This document shows positions 49,201 to 61,908 of a stretch of DNA of 64,000 nt, one piece after another. The stretch is from Antedon mediterranea. Its lineage: Eukaryota > Animalia > Echinodermata. The first letter of the stretch is position 1, and each line of letters begins with the position of its first letter. Where the stretch lies: the NCBI RefSeq assembly GCF_964355755.1, contig NC_092680.1:7812001-7876000 (forward strand). Direction: 5' to 3'. The notes under the pieces were generated by a model. The model was not told the origin of the DNA, did not search any database, and saw only the letters and a program-made list of their open reading frames with translations. The translations under genes were made by a program, and so were the position numbers.

Positions 49201-50900
49201 TTTAGATACAAACAAAAGGCATATAGAAATAAATAAATAAAATTAATGTTATGGTATGATAAATAAAATAAAGAGTATAACGGTGTGTGTACTTAAAAAC
49301 TTGTCCACATTAACTAAACAGAAATCAAAATTACACACAAAAGTTGAAAAGCAATTTATAACGGCATTGACAGTTGATAGTTTAAAAGAGCACATCGTTT
49401 CTTCCATAAAGATTTAGCCAATGACTTACAGAATTTGTCATTTAAAGATTTAATAATAATATTATCGAATAAATCATTGTCATTGCAAGAAGGGTTTTGT
49501 TGATTAATTATCGGTTAATTTTCGGCCGAAAGTGTTAAGTGTTATTTTATTTCTATTTCTAGACAATGGTGGAGCGGTTACACAAGGGGGAAATAATTGG
49601 CCATTACGTGGTTGGAAAAAAACCCTGTGGGAAGGGGGTATCCGCGCGGTGGGCTTTGTTCACAGTCCCCTTCTTCCTAAACAAGTTAAAGGAACTATCA
49701 ACAATGAACTAATACACATCAGTGATTGGTTCCCAACCATTGTAGAGGGATTGGCTCAAGGTGATATTAATGGTACTAAGCCTCTTGATGGATACAATGT
49801 ATGGCCGTGCATTAGTAGGTAAGTAAAAAGCTAAATTGTGTACAGTATTATGCTGTACTACAAAATAAACTATTAAATACAGGTAGCTTTATAAGATTGA
49901 GAGGGTTATCTCCCATTTTGTTCTTAACAATGGAGTTACCGAAGTAGTGTTCCTACATTGAAAAATGTGTTGCCCAAGAGTCTTTGCTTTTTTACATTTA
50001 TACGTAAAGGCTCTACCACAGTTTTCACAAAATAAATACTTACTTGGATATACATGCTATTAGGCCCTTCATTGCATTCCTATAATAGAGTCTTCGTCTT
50101 TTCTTGTTCACACACTAGTAGGCCTACATATCTCATCCAAGAACGTATTTTTTAACATGTTCTTATACAACTTGGCGATATAGAAATAAGGGTGATACAG
50201 AAATGAGGGAGAAATCTTTCTGGTGCGGTTTATTTCCATAATAACAATGTTTCTTATGATCAGTTTTTTTAGAATATATTTTTTTATATAGTGAAAACGA
50301 AACCTCTCCACGTAAGGAAATTCTTCACAATATAGATCCATTAACTGTCATCCATAATGGCACACAGTGGGAAAACAGCTCATTTGATGTTCGAATAAAT
50401 GCCGCTCTTAGGTCAGGTGATTGGAAGATTCTCACTGGTGTTGAAGGTACTTTTTTTTTAATTTGTCTTCGTCTAAAATATTCTGTGATTACAGCAATGG
50501 CTCAGATCACGGGGGATGGAGAAATCTACCCACGTTTTAAAGTGGATTTAACCGTATCCACAAAATCTTAATGATAAACAGCCTATTCAATATCAGGACT
50601 TACTTTATCCATGACGTTTTATTACGTTTTTCCATAGGAAGTGTTGGTTGGGTCGTCCCACCAGCTTATGATATCCCTAATATACCTGTTGTTGTGGAAA
50701 ATCAAGTATTATTTTTGTTCAACGTAACTGCTGATCCAAGTGAACATGACGATATGTCTGGAAAGTATCCAAAAGTTGTCGATATGATGCTAGAGAAGTT
50801 AGCGCGTTACAATGACACTGCAGTTCCATGTACATATCCGTCGCCGGAACGTTTCGCGGATCCCGACCTTCACGGTGGAGTATGGGGTCCGTGGCGGTAG
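46237..50900 (+). CDS. ARSB: Arylsulfatase B-like copy E, intact, ~513 aa
   Basis: Exons 46237-46542, 47649-47835, 48202-48362, 48785-48998, 49563-49818, 50292-50446, 50638-50900 splice in frame (1542 nt). All catalytic motifs (ADD, CTPTR, GKWH, AVH, DNGG, RGWK) are retained. The symbol is a family-level assignment. Confidence 0.9.
46677..46760 (+). mobile_element. Short HINE-like insertion with (GTCG/GTCT)n microsatellite in intron 1 of copy E
   Basis: Absent from the homologous intron of copy C (~17155); ends ggc-tgttg-gcc-ttgtt. Confidence 0.45.
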
Positions 50901-51358
50901 AACGCGTTATACATTCGTTCTATTTCACACACTTCACAAGGACATTCAGTATTTTTTATGTGTACCTTTAGTCACATACAATCGAACTGGCGAGTGTCTT
51001 GCATTAACAGCATGTATACTTTTGTTTTTTTGACTCGGATTGTGTCTTGATATGAACTGAAAACTGCATGGCGCCGCCATCTGAAGATTGCGTCCATTGA
51101 GGCATAATTGTCAGATATAATTATTTTAGATACAATACTAGGCTTCTTGACTAGCGATAAAAAGGAAAATCTCAGTTACAGTGTTTGATATTCTACTAGA
51201 AAGCCAGTGAGTGGGATAACATTTTACAATGTACTTAAATTGCCGGAAACTTTTGTCGTATAACATGGTGGAGTCTGAAAGCGTAATTTTGTTTCAGTAA
51301 GGCCTACTAATAATAATTATCAGCAACATAAATTGTTATGTTTGTATGTTTTTAGGCC

Positions 51359-51910
51359 TACTTTGAATACATCATGAAACTTTTTGTGCTACATTTCGGC
51401 GAGTTGTCGAGGACAGTGGAACTGTAATCCATAGCAATGACATCGGCAAGGGATCGAGGCGCACTGGCTCCATGGTTCTGGTGGTATAGAAAATGTCTTC
51501 TCGGATAAGGACTATAAACTGTAGGTACAGGCTACACAAACATGCTCGTGTGCACTTTAAAGAACCTAGTACATCTTTCGAGACAAGTAGGGGGTTAGCT
51601 GACGCATCCACTCCCACTGTCATGGACAGAAGAATGAGCGCTATAATTGGCAGCACTGACATGACGTGACCCTTAGGAGAGAAACATGTAGTTGAAAAAA
51701 TGTAACCGCCTCGTGAGCAACAATCGTTGAAATGGCGCTATAATTGAAAATATTATTATGGTTATTACTTGCATCTGTACCCTAGTCAAATAAATTGTTG
51801 TTTTCAAGATGTACATTGTACTTGAGGTACTGATGGTTATGATGGTAGTCAGACGAATCTGTGTGAAATAATGCCTATAGTATATGGACACATCAATTCC
51901 TGCATCATTC
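51359..51910 (-). pseudogene. Possible decayed coding fragment (ADAM/reprolysin-like) or small secreted ORF
   Basis: GC-richer than its flanks. Broken - strand frames read STIVAHEA and QNHGASAPRSLADVIA...DNSPKCSTKSFMMYSK; ORF 51372-51662 begins with a signal-peptide-like stretch. Confidence 0.25.
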
Positions 51911-53582
51911 TAAACAAATTAACTTGAAAGAGCTTGTTAAACAAAACATCTAATATTGATACACTAGTTTAATATAAAAAAAAAGTAACAGCACTAAACT
52001 AATTCCCTCCACCCACACCCACACCCACACAGAAAGGAGTTTAAACACTTTAGCATTTGATTAAGGAGTACGGTATCTTATTTACGGTGCTTAGACTCAA
52101 AACGCTTCTTCGATTATTTACGATAGCCAGACATTATAGTTTTCAAGCAATACTTTATCATCGGAAATTTTTCTTGCAAATGCTAATACGTTTAATTTCC
52201 TAAAATGCTTTCATTAAAATAGGCCTTTTATGAAATAGGTTTAACTCAATATACCGATGATTGGGCATTGAAAATCGGTTTCTAAACAAATGTTCACTGT
52301 ACCAATAGAAAATATTTTACGCTGTTTTTTAAAATTATTATCGATGTACATTACGTCGATACTTTACGATGAAAAATTATTCTTGTTTTCTATTCGGGCA
52401 GCCAGTTCGGAAAGAATTCAATAATATTTCCTTTGAGTGAGAAATTAGAAACTTTACAATAATTTGTTTTACGTTTCCTTTAACATTTAATGTTTAAATA
52501 GTCTCTTAATAAAATGGTTGTTTAATACATGTTCATGAATACTGCTGCTACCGTGAATTTTCTATAATGTATTTAGGGTTACAGCCTATACTATTCAACA
52601 CAATGGCAATTCTTGAGTAGTTGATGACATTCTGACATAATGTCAATAAGCCAAAATAGGGAATGAATGGGAAACTTTAATTTCAGCAAATGAATGCCTT
52701 TTCGTTAACATTTAAATTACTTCATAGTAAGCCAATGCACTTTATATGGACCATTACTGACAACAAAGCACCAATGTCAAACACCTTCGATGCGTCTTAT
52801 TTAGCCTAATAATTATTAAATAAATTAAAATTTCAAACTATTGTAGATCGAAGTATTTTTGAATGGTGGCCTGAAGGTTCGTTTGTACTCGTCGTCGGCC
52901 CGACAATTAATTGTATCGCAGATTGGTTTCAAAACTCCAATTATAAAACTTAACAGTTATATAGCCTATAACAGGATGGTGTAAATGTTCAATTTACTTG
53001 AAAATACCCAATGTTCTTAAGGTCACACATTATAATATCACTGCAGATTAAAAGGAATGTGCATATTTAAAATTCAATCGAATGATGGGGCAGAAAATTG
53101 TATGTACACAAACAGGCTGGTAGAAACTTTATTTAAAATCAGTAAATACAAATTATACAAGTTTGGTGTTGTACAATTATTGAACGAAAAGAAAAATATA
53201 CTACCGTATCATAACAAATATATTTTAAACAATAAGTTAGTAGTTACCAGATGATCTGGAAGATTAACAACATTTACAGTTAAAACAAATAGACATAAGT
53301 TTTCATTCTTACCTAGCGCTGTTAGACTACACAACACAACAATCAGTTAAGTTCCAAGTTGATCACGAATGTAAATATTATGTGTGTATTGTTTTGTTTG
53401 TGTTTTTCTGCCAAGAAAAAAAACAATCATTGTACTATATGTATGAATAATAAATAAATAAATTTAAATATGAATATTCAAATTGGTGGCATTGCACAAA
53501 TATGAGAATTTGTAAAGAAAATCACGAATTAAAATAAATAGCAACTCTAGAAAACAGGAATTGTTTTTATTCCAATATAATA

Positions 53583-54392
53583 GATAAATAACAAAAATAC
53601 AATAACCCACAGAATGTATCATATCTGTTTACACTATGATAGAAAGATAAATAACAAAAATACAATAACCCACAGAATGTATCATCTGTTTACACTATGA
53701 TTGAAAGATAAATAACAAAAATACAATAACCCACAGAATGTATCATATCTGTTTACACTATGATAGAAAGATAAATAACAAAAATACAATAACCCACAGA
53801 ATGTATCATCTGTTTACACTATGATTGAAAGATAAATAACAAAAATACAATAACCCACAGAATGTATCATATCTGTTTACACTATGATAGAAAGATAAAT
53901 AACAAAAACACAATAACCCACAGAATGTATCATATCTGTTTACACTATGATTGAAAGATAAATAACAAAAACACAATAACCCACAGAATGTATCATATCT
54001 GTTTACACTATGATTGAAAGATAAATAACAAAAATACAATAACCCATAGAATGTATCAAATCTGTTTACACTATGATTTAAAGATAAATAACAAAAACAC
54101 AATAACCCACAGAATGTATCATATCTGTTTACACTATGATTGAAAGATAAATAACAAAAACGCAATAACCCACAGAATGTATCATCTGTTTACACTATGA
54201 TTGAAAGATAAATAACAAAAATACAATAACCCATAGAATGTATCATCTGTTTACACTATGATTGAAAGATAAATAACAAAAATACAATAACCCACAGAAT
54301 GGATCATATCTGTTTACATTATGATTGAAAGATAAATAACAAAAACGCAATAACCCACAGAATGTATCATCTGTTTACACTATGATTGAAAA
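53583..54392. repeat. 61-63-bp minisatellite x~13
   Basis: Unit gataaataacaaaaatacaataacccacagaatgtatca(ta)tctgtttacactatgattgaaa repeated head to tail. Confidence 0.95.
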
Positions 54393-56966
54393 GCTTTACT
54401 GCGTCCACTTAACATCATGGTTCAATTCACATTAAATAATTATTATTGATATAATTTTATTTATCGATTTTTAAATCGAATATTAAATAACATACCACCT
54501 TCTGGTTTCAATAATTTGTACTTCAATTATAAATCATTTATCAATCCCCCAGGATTATTTCAAATAGGCACAAACAAAGATAAAACATAACGGATGATGG
54601 CTTTATCATTGATTTAATTTGAAAATGAAACAACGTCACTCCTCGGATATTCATTATAGAGCGTTTATTTACGCTACACCGTGTTAATTAATGGTTGCAC
54701 TGATGTTGGCGATGAGTTAGTATAACGAGATAAAACGTTAGACATCAAATTGAACTCTTCACCTGTTATTAAATGAATCATAGGTAAATTCATAAATTAA
54801 ATCCATAAGCCCCAATTCAACGGTATGATCTATGTGATCCGTTTTAACAATCTGGTGGTTTAGGCATAATCCTGCAGCTATCATTTTAAGTTTAATTCCC
54901 ATTTGGACGCAACGCGACAACGTAGGTGCTACGAAAGTGATCTGACCAATCACAAACGACAGTTCGGATTATCCACGCATTGTGATTGGTCAAATGACTT
55001 GCGGTACGTGTTTGCGTTACATCCTAGTTAACAACACTGGCGTTAGACATGATACCATCACTAGTGTATTGTATCAATAACAGTGTGAACCAAATACTGA
55101 CCAAATAGACCTTATGATACCATGTTTGAAAAATTAGAAAGATAAGCTTTTAGAATACATTCAATATTGTGTTAAAATATACAATGCCATAGTGAGAAGT
55201 TAAAAACACACGAGGCAACGATGCTTTAAATAGAATTATTTATATAAAATATGACGATTTGTGGAGGGAAATTAGAGGGGGTGGTGAACATAAACAATTT
55301 CAGACGAGGCGAGCGCCTGAGTCGTCTGCCTCATGCTACGGCCCTGATATATGTATAAAATGTCATTAAGCTCACTTGTATTGTATGAAAGAAAATAGAC
55401 AAGAAAAATAGTTGCATTATTAATTTCCGTTGTTGGGAAATGCATTTATTACTAAGGTTATTGGTTTCTGTTATTATTGCTCACTTAAAGATTTGATTTG
55501 ATTTGATTTATGATATTTACTGGCGTGTTCATTTGATTTGTGTTGCACAACTCGTAGAATGAAATAAAAAAAAATAGTTGATAAACTAGGCTATTAATAT
55601 TCCCAGCTGAATGCTCCTACTCGCCTTTTAAAACTTTATGTATGACCTCGGTAAATACTTTACATTAATATAGGAGGTAAAATGTATGATTTAGTATTAG
55701 AAACAGGAATTTAACTTTCAAAATTGATTTATCATTGATCATTTAATTGCATTTTCAAAATGTCTAATATATCCCTAAACAAGAATATAAAAGATATGTG
55801 TTGGGTATTGGATGCGTAGGTACTAATTACCGTATGTGTATAAATAATAACTAATAGCACTAATAAACTACTATTGTATTATTAATAGCAACAATCTGTC
55901 AGAATTGAATATTGTGCAAAATGTTGTCATGGTGTATGATAAAACGAATTCTGAAGGAGCAGTGTGGAATGCGCTCTTCTGGGGCCGCTCTTATAATTTA
56001 ATAATACTTTACACTTTTCTGTAGTTAATACGATGTTAATCCTGTTATTACGATACGGTAGTAATTTTTGACATAATGTATAAGATATATACTCGCAATG
56101 AATGTTTGACAAATTCAGATGTCACGTAAAATTATTGAGATCATCATGATGTTATTTTCTGTAAAGCTCTGTGTACACTATCAAACTAGTTTGACAAAAA
56201 AGTGTGATGTGCCCATATAATTATGGTAGTAATATTCCCAAATATGGTAGAGATATGGCATCATCATGTCCACATATGGGCATGTTTTTGTCACATACAG
56301 TTTGATAGTGTAGCTTAACACGATTTTAGTGGTGGCGGTGTGCTGATTTAAACACATTTTTTTTGTAAACAATTGGTCAATTGTTCTTTGATTAGCATGA
56401 TAATGATAGGAACGTATTAGCATAAGGGTCTGTTTTTTCAATGTGACGTATGTAGCCAGTATGGTCAGTTAACCCAGTTCTGGCTAGAGATATAGCTTAT
56501 AGCTTGTGCTTGAACAAGATAATATAGTTTAACCATAATGGTCACTTATAGTTACATGTTTTAGAAATAATTATACTTTAGTAGTTTACCCTCAATACGT
56601 TATTGATAGACAGATAGAGGATATATAACCGTGCGCTACCGTCAAGTTGAGCCCTGAGAAAAATGGTCCAGATCGTATCTCAGTATCATCTTTAGGCCTA
56701 TTTGGGTGAGCACCGTACAAGGGATATTGACTATTATCTACAGTGATATTTTGGTAAGTACGTTTTTATACATTTTTTACATTGAATACGATACTGAACA
56801 TAAAAATGTATTATTTATGTCAACGTAAAAACAATTACAAAACAATTTAAAGCTTCTTATTATGGAATTCACTCTGTTGGCAATCCTTATCGCAGTAAAC
56901 TATAGAATTCAATGAAAATATAATAATGTAATTGACACATAGTTGGTGGGGAAGTGGGAAGATGGG

Positions 56967-57160
56967 GAGATGTAGAGATGTAGAGATGTAGAGATGTAGA
57001 GATGTAGAGATGTAGAGACGTAGAGACGTAGAGACGTAGAGACGTAGAGACGTAGAGACGTAGAGACGTAGAGACGTAGAGACGTAGAGACGTAGAGACG
57101 TAGAGACGTAGAGACGTAGAGACGTAGAGACGTAGAGACGTAGAGACGTAGAGATGTAGA
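56967..57160. repeat. 8-bp tandem repeat (GTAGAGAY) x~24
   Basis: A block of GTAGAGAT followed by a block of GTAGAGAC. Confidence 0.95.
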
Positions 57161-59419
57161 CATTCACCCGATTCTGCTACTGTCAATAGGTATTCCAACT
57201 TAAGACCTTTGTAAACTTATAAATGATAAATAAATAAATAATGCATTCAATTTCTCATTATCATGGATATGGATGGTCACTTTCTGATATATATGCTTAA
57301 CATCATTAACCTGCTGTTAAATGGATATAAAGCGCAGTAAGCTTTATCTCTGAAGTTCCATTTCCAATGGTTTGTTTGTTTTTGATTGGTCATTTTAATT
57401 CGTTACGGTACCGTTGTGTTAGATCATTTGTAGGTACTGTCCCCTGTATGGTTAGATTTGAGCACCGACGGTACTGCATTAACAAACACCCAAGGAGCTC
57501 TGACTTTTCAGACTTTAAGGCATCTGATTAAATTAGTTTTTTTATATTATCGAACTTTGAATCTAACTATAACAGACAGCTTATCTCAGATATTTCATTG
57601 ACACTGGTAAAAGCAATTATTTTAGTATTACATTACCATTATATATAACTGAATATTTTAAAATGATTTATAAATCGTGTGCTGCTGACAATTGAATTAT
57701 GTACATGCCCTAAGAAAGTAATGTAAAAGACAATGCCTAATACTTTCTCGTAATTTGCATTTTAACATCTACAACATCGACTGATTTAGCAAAGGTCGTA
57801 GTTACGTGGTCTGAGATGTTGCCAATGAATGATTGGCACATTATTTTTGCGTCATATGAAATTAACGATAGCGGTGAGTTATTATATTAATAGGCCTATC
57901 TCGTTTTAGGAATGTTATGTTTTACGATCATTTGAAAATCTCTATTATAGACAGTAAATAGAAATCAGTATCATTTGTTTGTGGAACAATGTTGGTGTAG
58001 TTTATCTTCCTTTTAAAAACTTGAACATGTTTTTTAACTTCTGTAAGAATAAACACAAACACTCATAATGTCTTATTCATTGGTGATTTATTTTACAATA
58101 AAGAAGTACAACTAAACATTCAATTACATTTGGTAGTATTAATATCCATTTTTATTCCCATTATCATTTCTGTTGTCGTTACAAGACAGAGAACACAGTA
58201 AACGATATTTATGTTCTGTTTTACTACTATTATCTCTACTTAACTGAATGACATTATTATAGAGAACTAGGGAAGAGTTAAATTAGGAAAGTAAATTTCA
58301 CTTTTCCCATAGGCCTAACCAATTTTCATAAACTCATTTTTTCTAATGCGATAGCCTTAAATAAAATATGGGCATATAGATCTGAATACAATAATTCTCA
58401 GTTCATGTACGATCTATTTTATAGTCTGGTCATCGTCCATTTGTCAGTAATGTCAGTAACACAATAAGCGTAATTGTCAAGAAAATCACAGTAAGTCTCT
58501 CCATTTAATGCAATGACTTGCCTTACACCGCCTACTCATTTCTTCTAAGCGCTTTACAAAACCCATAATAAACGTAAAACAATTTCATGAAAAAATCATT
58601 TTAAAATAACCAAACACCAAAGTGAAGATGACGCAGAGAAAACGTGCAACATTGCATGGTTTATATAAATATGTTGCCTTTAAAGAACTTGGATAAACAT
58701 ACATTCGTATGATCGATGGAGGTTTCGATATATAGAGGGTAAATAAGAATAATATTCTTAAAGTTCAAAAGCTTTTACTAATAAATTAGTAAAATAAATA
58801 ATAATAATATGTGGACCTTTTACAAATTACCTTAATTACGATGTCTTATTTATTAGATATTGAAATAGTAAATCACTGAAGTAGTCTGAGGAAATCCTAA
58901 TTAATCTACGTCTAGTCAGCCAGTCGAAGCTAATAAACATGTAGCCAGCTACTACATCAAAGAAACATTCACATTTAAAAATGTAATATGTTAAAAAAAA
59001 AAATTGGTTAATTCTGTATGTGTTTACAGCTAAATTAGTCTAGTCAGTCGAAGCTAATAAACAAAACATGTAGCCTAATATATCAAAAAAATATTCACAT
59101 TTAAATTCACATTTAAAAATGTAAGATGTTCAGGAAAAATTGGTTAATTCCGTGTGTTTAGGCCTACGGCTAAATTACAAACTACTTCACAACAACAACA
59201 ATATGAAACGAATTTTGTCTCATACTTGATCGTATTCCTCTTTTACAGTAGGCCTACATAAATTAAAATAGTTTGTATAATGTTGTGTCTGTCTAAATCT
59301 AGTAGTTATTATGATAATATTTCTACATTATACCTGTTTTAAGTAAAGAAGCCGTATACATTATATTTACAGCCCTGAGCGAAAAACGGATCTCATTCCA
59401 GAAGACAATTATGACAGAT

Positions 59420-59586
59420 AAAAAGGGTATTTCACACCAGTTCCGGTCCGGCGCCGGCAAATCAAATCTAACGTCAATGTTTCGTTTTCACGCGGCGACG
59501 TACATATCGGTGTATATCCGCGTGGAGCGTCGTGGGAACGAAACATTAACGTTAAATGTTATTTTCCGTTGCCGGACCGGAACCGT
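59420..59586. mobile_element. Palindromic Harbinger-like MITE (right end cut off by a LINE tail)
   Basis: ttccggtccggc...aacgtcaatgtttcgtt mirrors aacgaaacattaacgtt...gccggaccggaa. Confidence 0.55.
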
Positions 59587-60271
59587 TCAATTCAATTCAA
59601 AAAACATTTATTTTACTCCATAGCAATACAATACAAAATAAAATAAAAGAAATTGTAATAATGATAAAGATGATTGTTAGATATACAAATGAAAAGAGAA
59701 TTTTAGAAAATTGGCCATGGAAGAAGGCATAATCCCGAGAAGATATGGAAATATTGTGCTGGGTATGCCTATGCCACAGAACAGGTGTGAAATAACCTTA
59801 AAAGTGTTCTTTGAAACAAATGGTGTTCTTTTTCGCTCTGAATGACCTAAAATACTAAACTAAGTACAACATTTATCAAATTTCTAATAATTACTTCCAT
59901 ATAAATAGTTATTATATGAATATTATACACCGTACATCACTCAATGAATTTAGAGGAGGGTGTATCAGGCGTTTATTATTATTACATTTATTTACCCAGG
60001 GTAGCCCAAACAGTTAAAAACTGGTTTCCATTGGGGCCCTGCATTTTACGTTATTTGAAGGTAACGTTGCTCCTCTCTACAAATTGGATTTGAAAACACT
60101 TACAGAAGTCTCGGTTCTCAAGTCAATATGCAAATTGTTCCATATATTTGTCCCACTTACACAAAAACTCGTGAGGTAACTTTCCTCTTTCGCAAAAGGG
60201 ACCTTCAACTTCATAATTGTTGACTGCCTTGTTTCACGAGTTTGAGGTAATGGAGTGAATAGATTTGTCAT
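59586..60271 (-). mobile_element. 3' fragment of an L2/CR1-clade LINE with (TTGAA)n tail
   Basis: ORF 60077-60271 ends TRQS..LKVP..SF..G..IWNNL..FKSNL, a typical L2/CR1 ORF2 C-terminus. On the - strand AATAAA is followed by a ttgaa tail at ~59586-59612. A second short 3' tail lies at ~59975-60043. Confidence 0.6.
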
Positions 60272-60504
60272 GCCTTGGGGTAAATAAGATTTATTTTAAC
60301 AAACGGACCCTTTATATAAATATCCCTCATTTAAGCATTTTATCTAATTGTGAAATTGTAATAGTTTCTTCGATCATAGTAGAACAATCTATACAAGAGG
60401 TATACAATTTATCGATAGATTCATTTTTAAATTTTCATCAATTAACATCTGCACCTGCGTGAACTTATTCCTTAAAATATGATAATATATTCTCTCGAGC
60501 TTTA

Positions 60505-60611
<107 letters not shown>

Positions 60612-60860
60612 GTCTTTTAAATTTGATGCCATCATAATATTTAAACACGCAGGACATTACTACTATCGTCTATTTTCAAAGTGAGCACTTTTATTTGCTC
60701 ATTATGATTGGATGACAGAATACAATTATACGTCGCGGTAAGGTTTCAACATTGATGAGAATTATTTGTTCCACATAATACGCAATTATGTGACTACAAT
60801 AAACCTAAATACTCGTCAAGGGGCGGTTATCTTGCCGTCTAAAATCTCTGATTATGCCAT

Positions 60861-61510
60861 TCAGATTAGAGTACTTGCTGTTGGCGAATCAGGTCGACGT
60901 TTTGAAGTCTTGTGATACACTGTACTGTAAGTTCTTGCCAGGCGTATGCGAGCTTTTTTACCGAATGTGACGCACTTACATATAGTTCGTCTACCAAACA
61001 AAAGTTCTTTGAAACATTGGCGAAAGCTGGCTCCTACTAACGCGTAGATAACTGGATTAAAGAAAGCGTGCGCATAAATAAGACAACTGCAAAATACTCG
61101 AATATGCGCCTTAATTGCACTAGAAGTTTGATCAAATATCATCCACAGATTAAAAATATGAATTGGGGCCCAACAGACACCAAACAACAGCACAACTGTT
61201 AATACCATACGAGTTGCGCGCCATTTTTGTGCAACCGTGCTTGCTGTCTGAGACTGTCCATCTGATAACGCCTCGTCCTCTGGTTTGAACTGCCTTAAAC
61301 TCCATAGCAACTTCAAAATCAACACATAGCATACAGTAATAACAACCAAAGGAATGACGTACGTCATTATTATGGAATAGATAGTGTATCCTTTGTCAAA
61401 CTCCTCACTAGGAAAACTGGGCTGACAGCTTTTAGTATCTGCTTGGTAGTGCCACCTAAGAATCTCCACTTTGTAGTACATTGCCGGTGGTATGTGCAAC
61501 AACAATGATA
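60861..61510 (-). CDS. Last coding exon (end of TM4 to C-tail) of a rhodopsin-family neuropeptide GPCR, kisspeptin receptor (GPR54)/galanin/allatostatin-A type
   Basis: Acceptor tttatctatatag| precedes 61510. It encodes C..FPS in ECL2, TM5 Y.IPL..ITVCY, TM6 RMVLTVVLLFGVCWAP, TM7 NPVIY, helix 8 FRQCF and a Ser/Thr-rich tail. Upstream exons were not found in the window. Confidence 0.85.
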
Positions 61511-61908
61511 CTATATAGATAAACAAAAACAGTTGGTTAATTTTTACACTCTTTTGTCCTCTCGCCTTAAAATTAAATACAACACATTTTCAATTGTTAA
61601 AACATAGGAAAATAATATGTGTAAATGTGATAACATTACGAAAAATTCCAATAAAATAACTTTTTAAATTGATTTAGCTTACTTGCTTTGCACTATTTCT
61701 GCTGACGAAAAAATATTAAGGAATAATGTTGTTGCAATGGCTTATATTTTATAATAAACAATAGACAATTTTAAAACCGGAGCTAGCCTTTAAACTAAAC
61801 AAATAGAGTAACTTATGATAGACTGCAATATTCTACAGATGCCGAGAATAGAAAATGTTTAGTTCAATGTTCAACTAAATCTATGACATCTTATCTGGGT
61901 CTGATACT

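Noticed and set aside
53583-54392. ORF 53806-54165 and the 63-bp repeats as a gene or CRISPR array
   Set aside because: Plain minisatellite; 61/63-bp unit variation breaks the frame and there are no spacers.
56847-57198. Three overlapping STSLRLYV-repeat ORFs
   Set aside because: Artefact of an 8-bp repeat that has no stop codons on the - strand.
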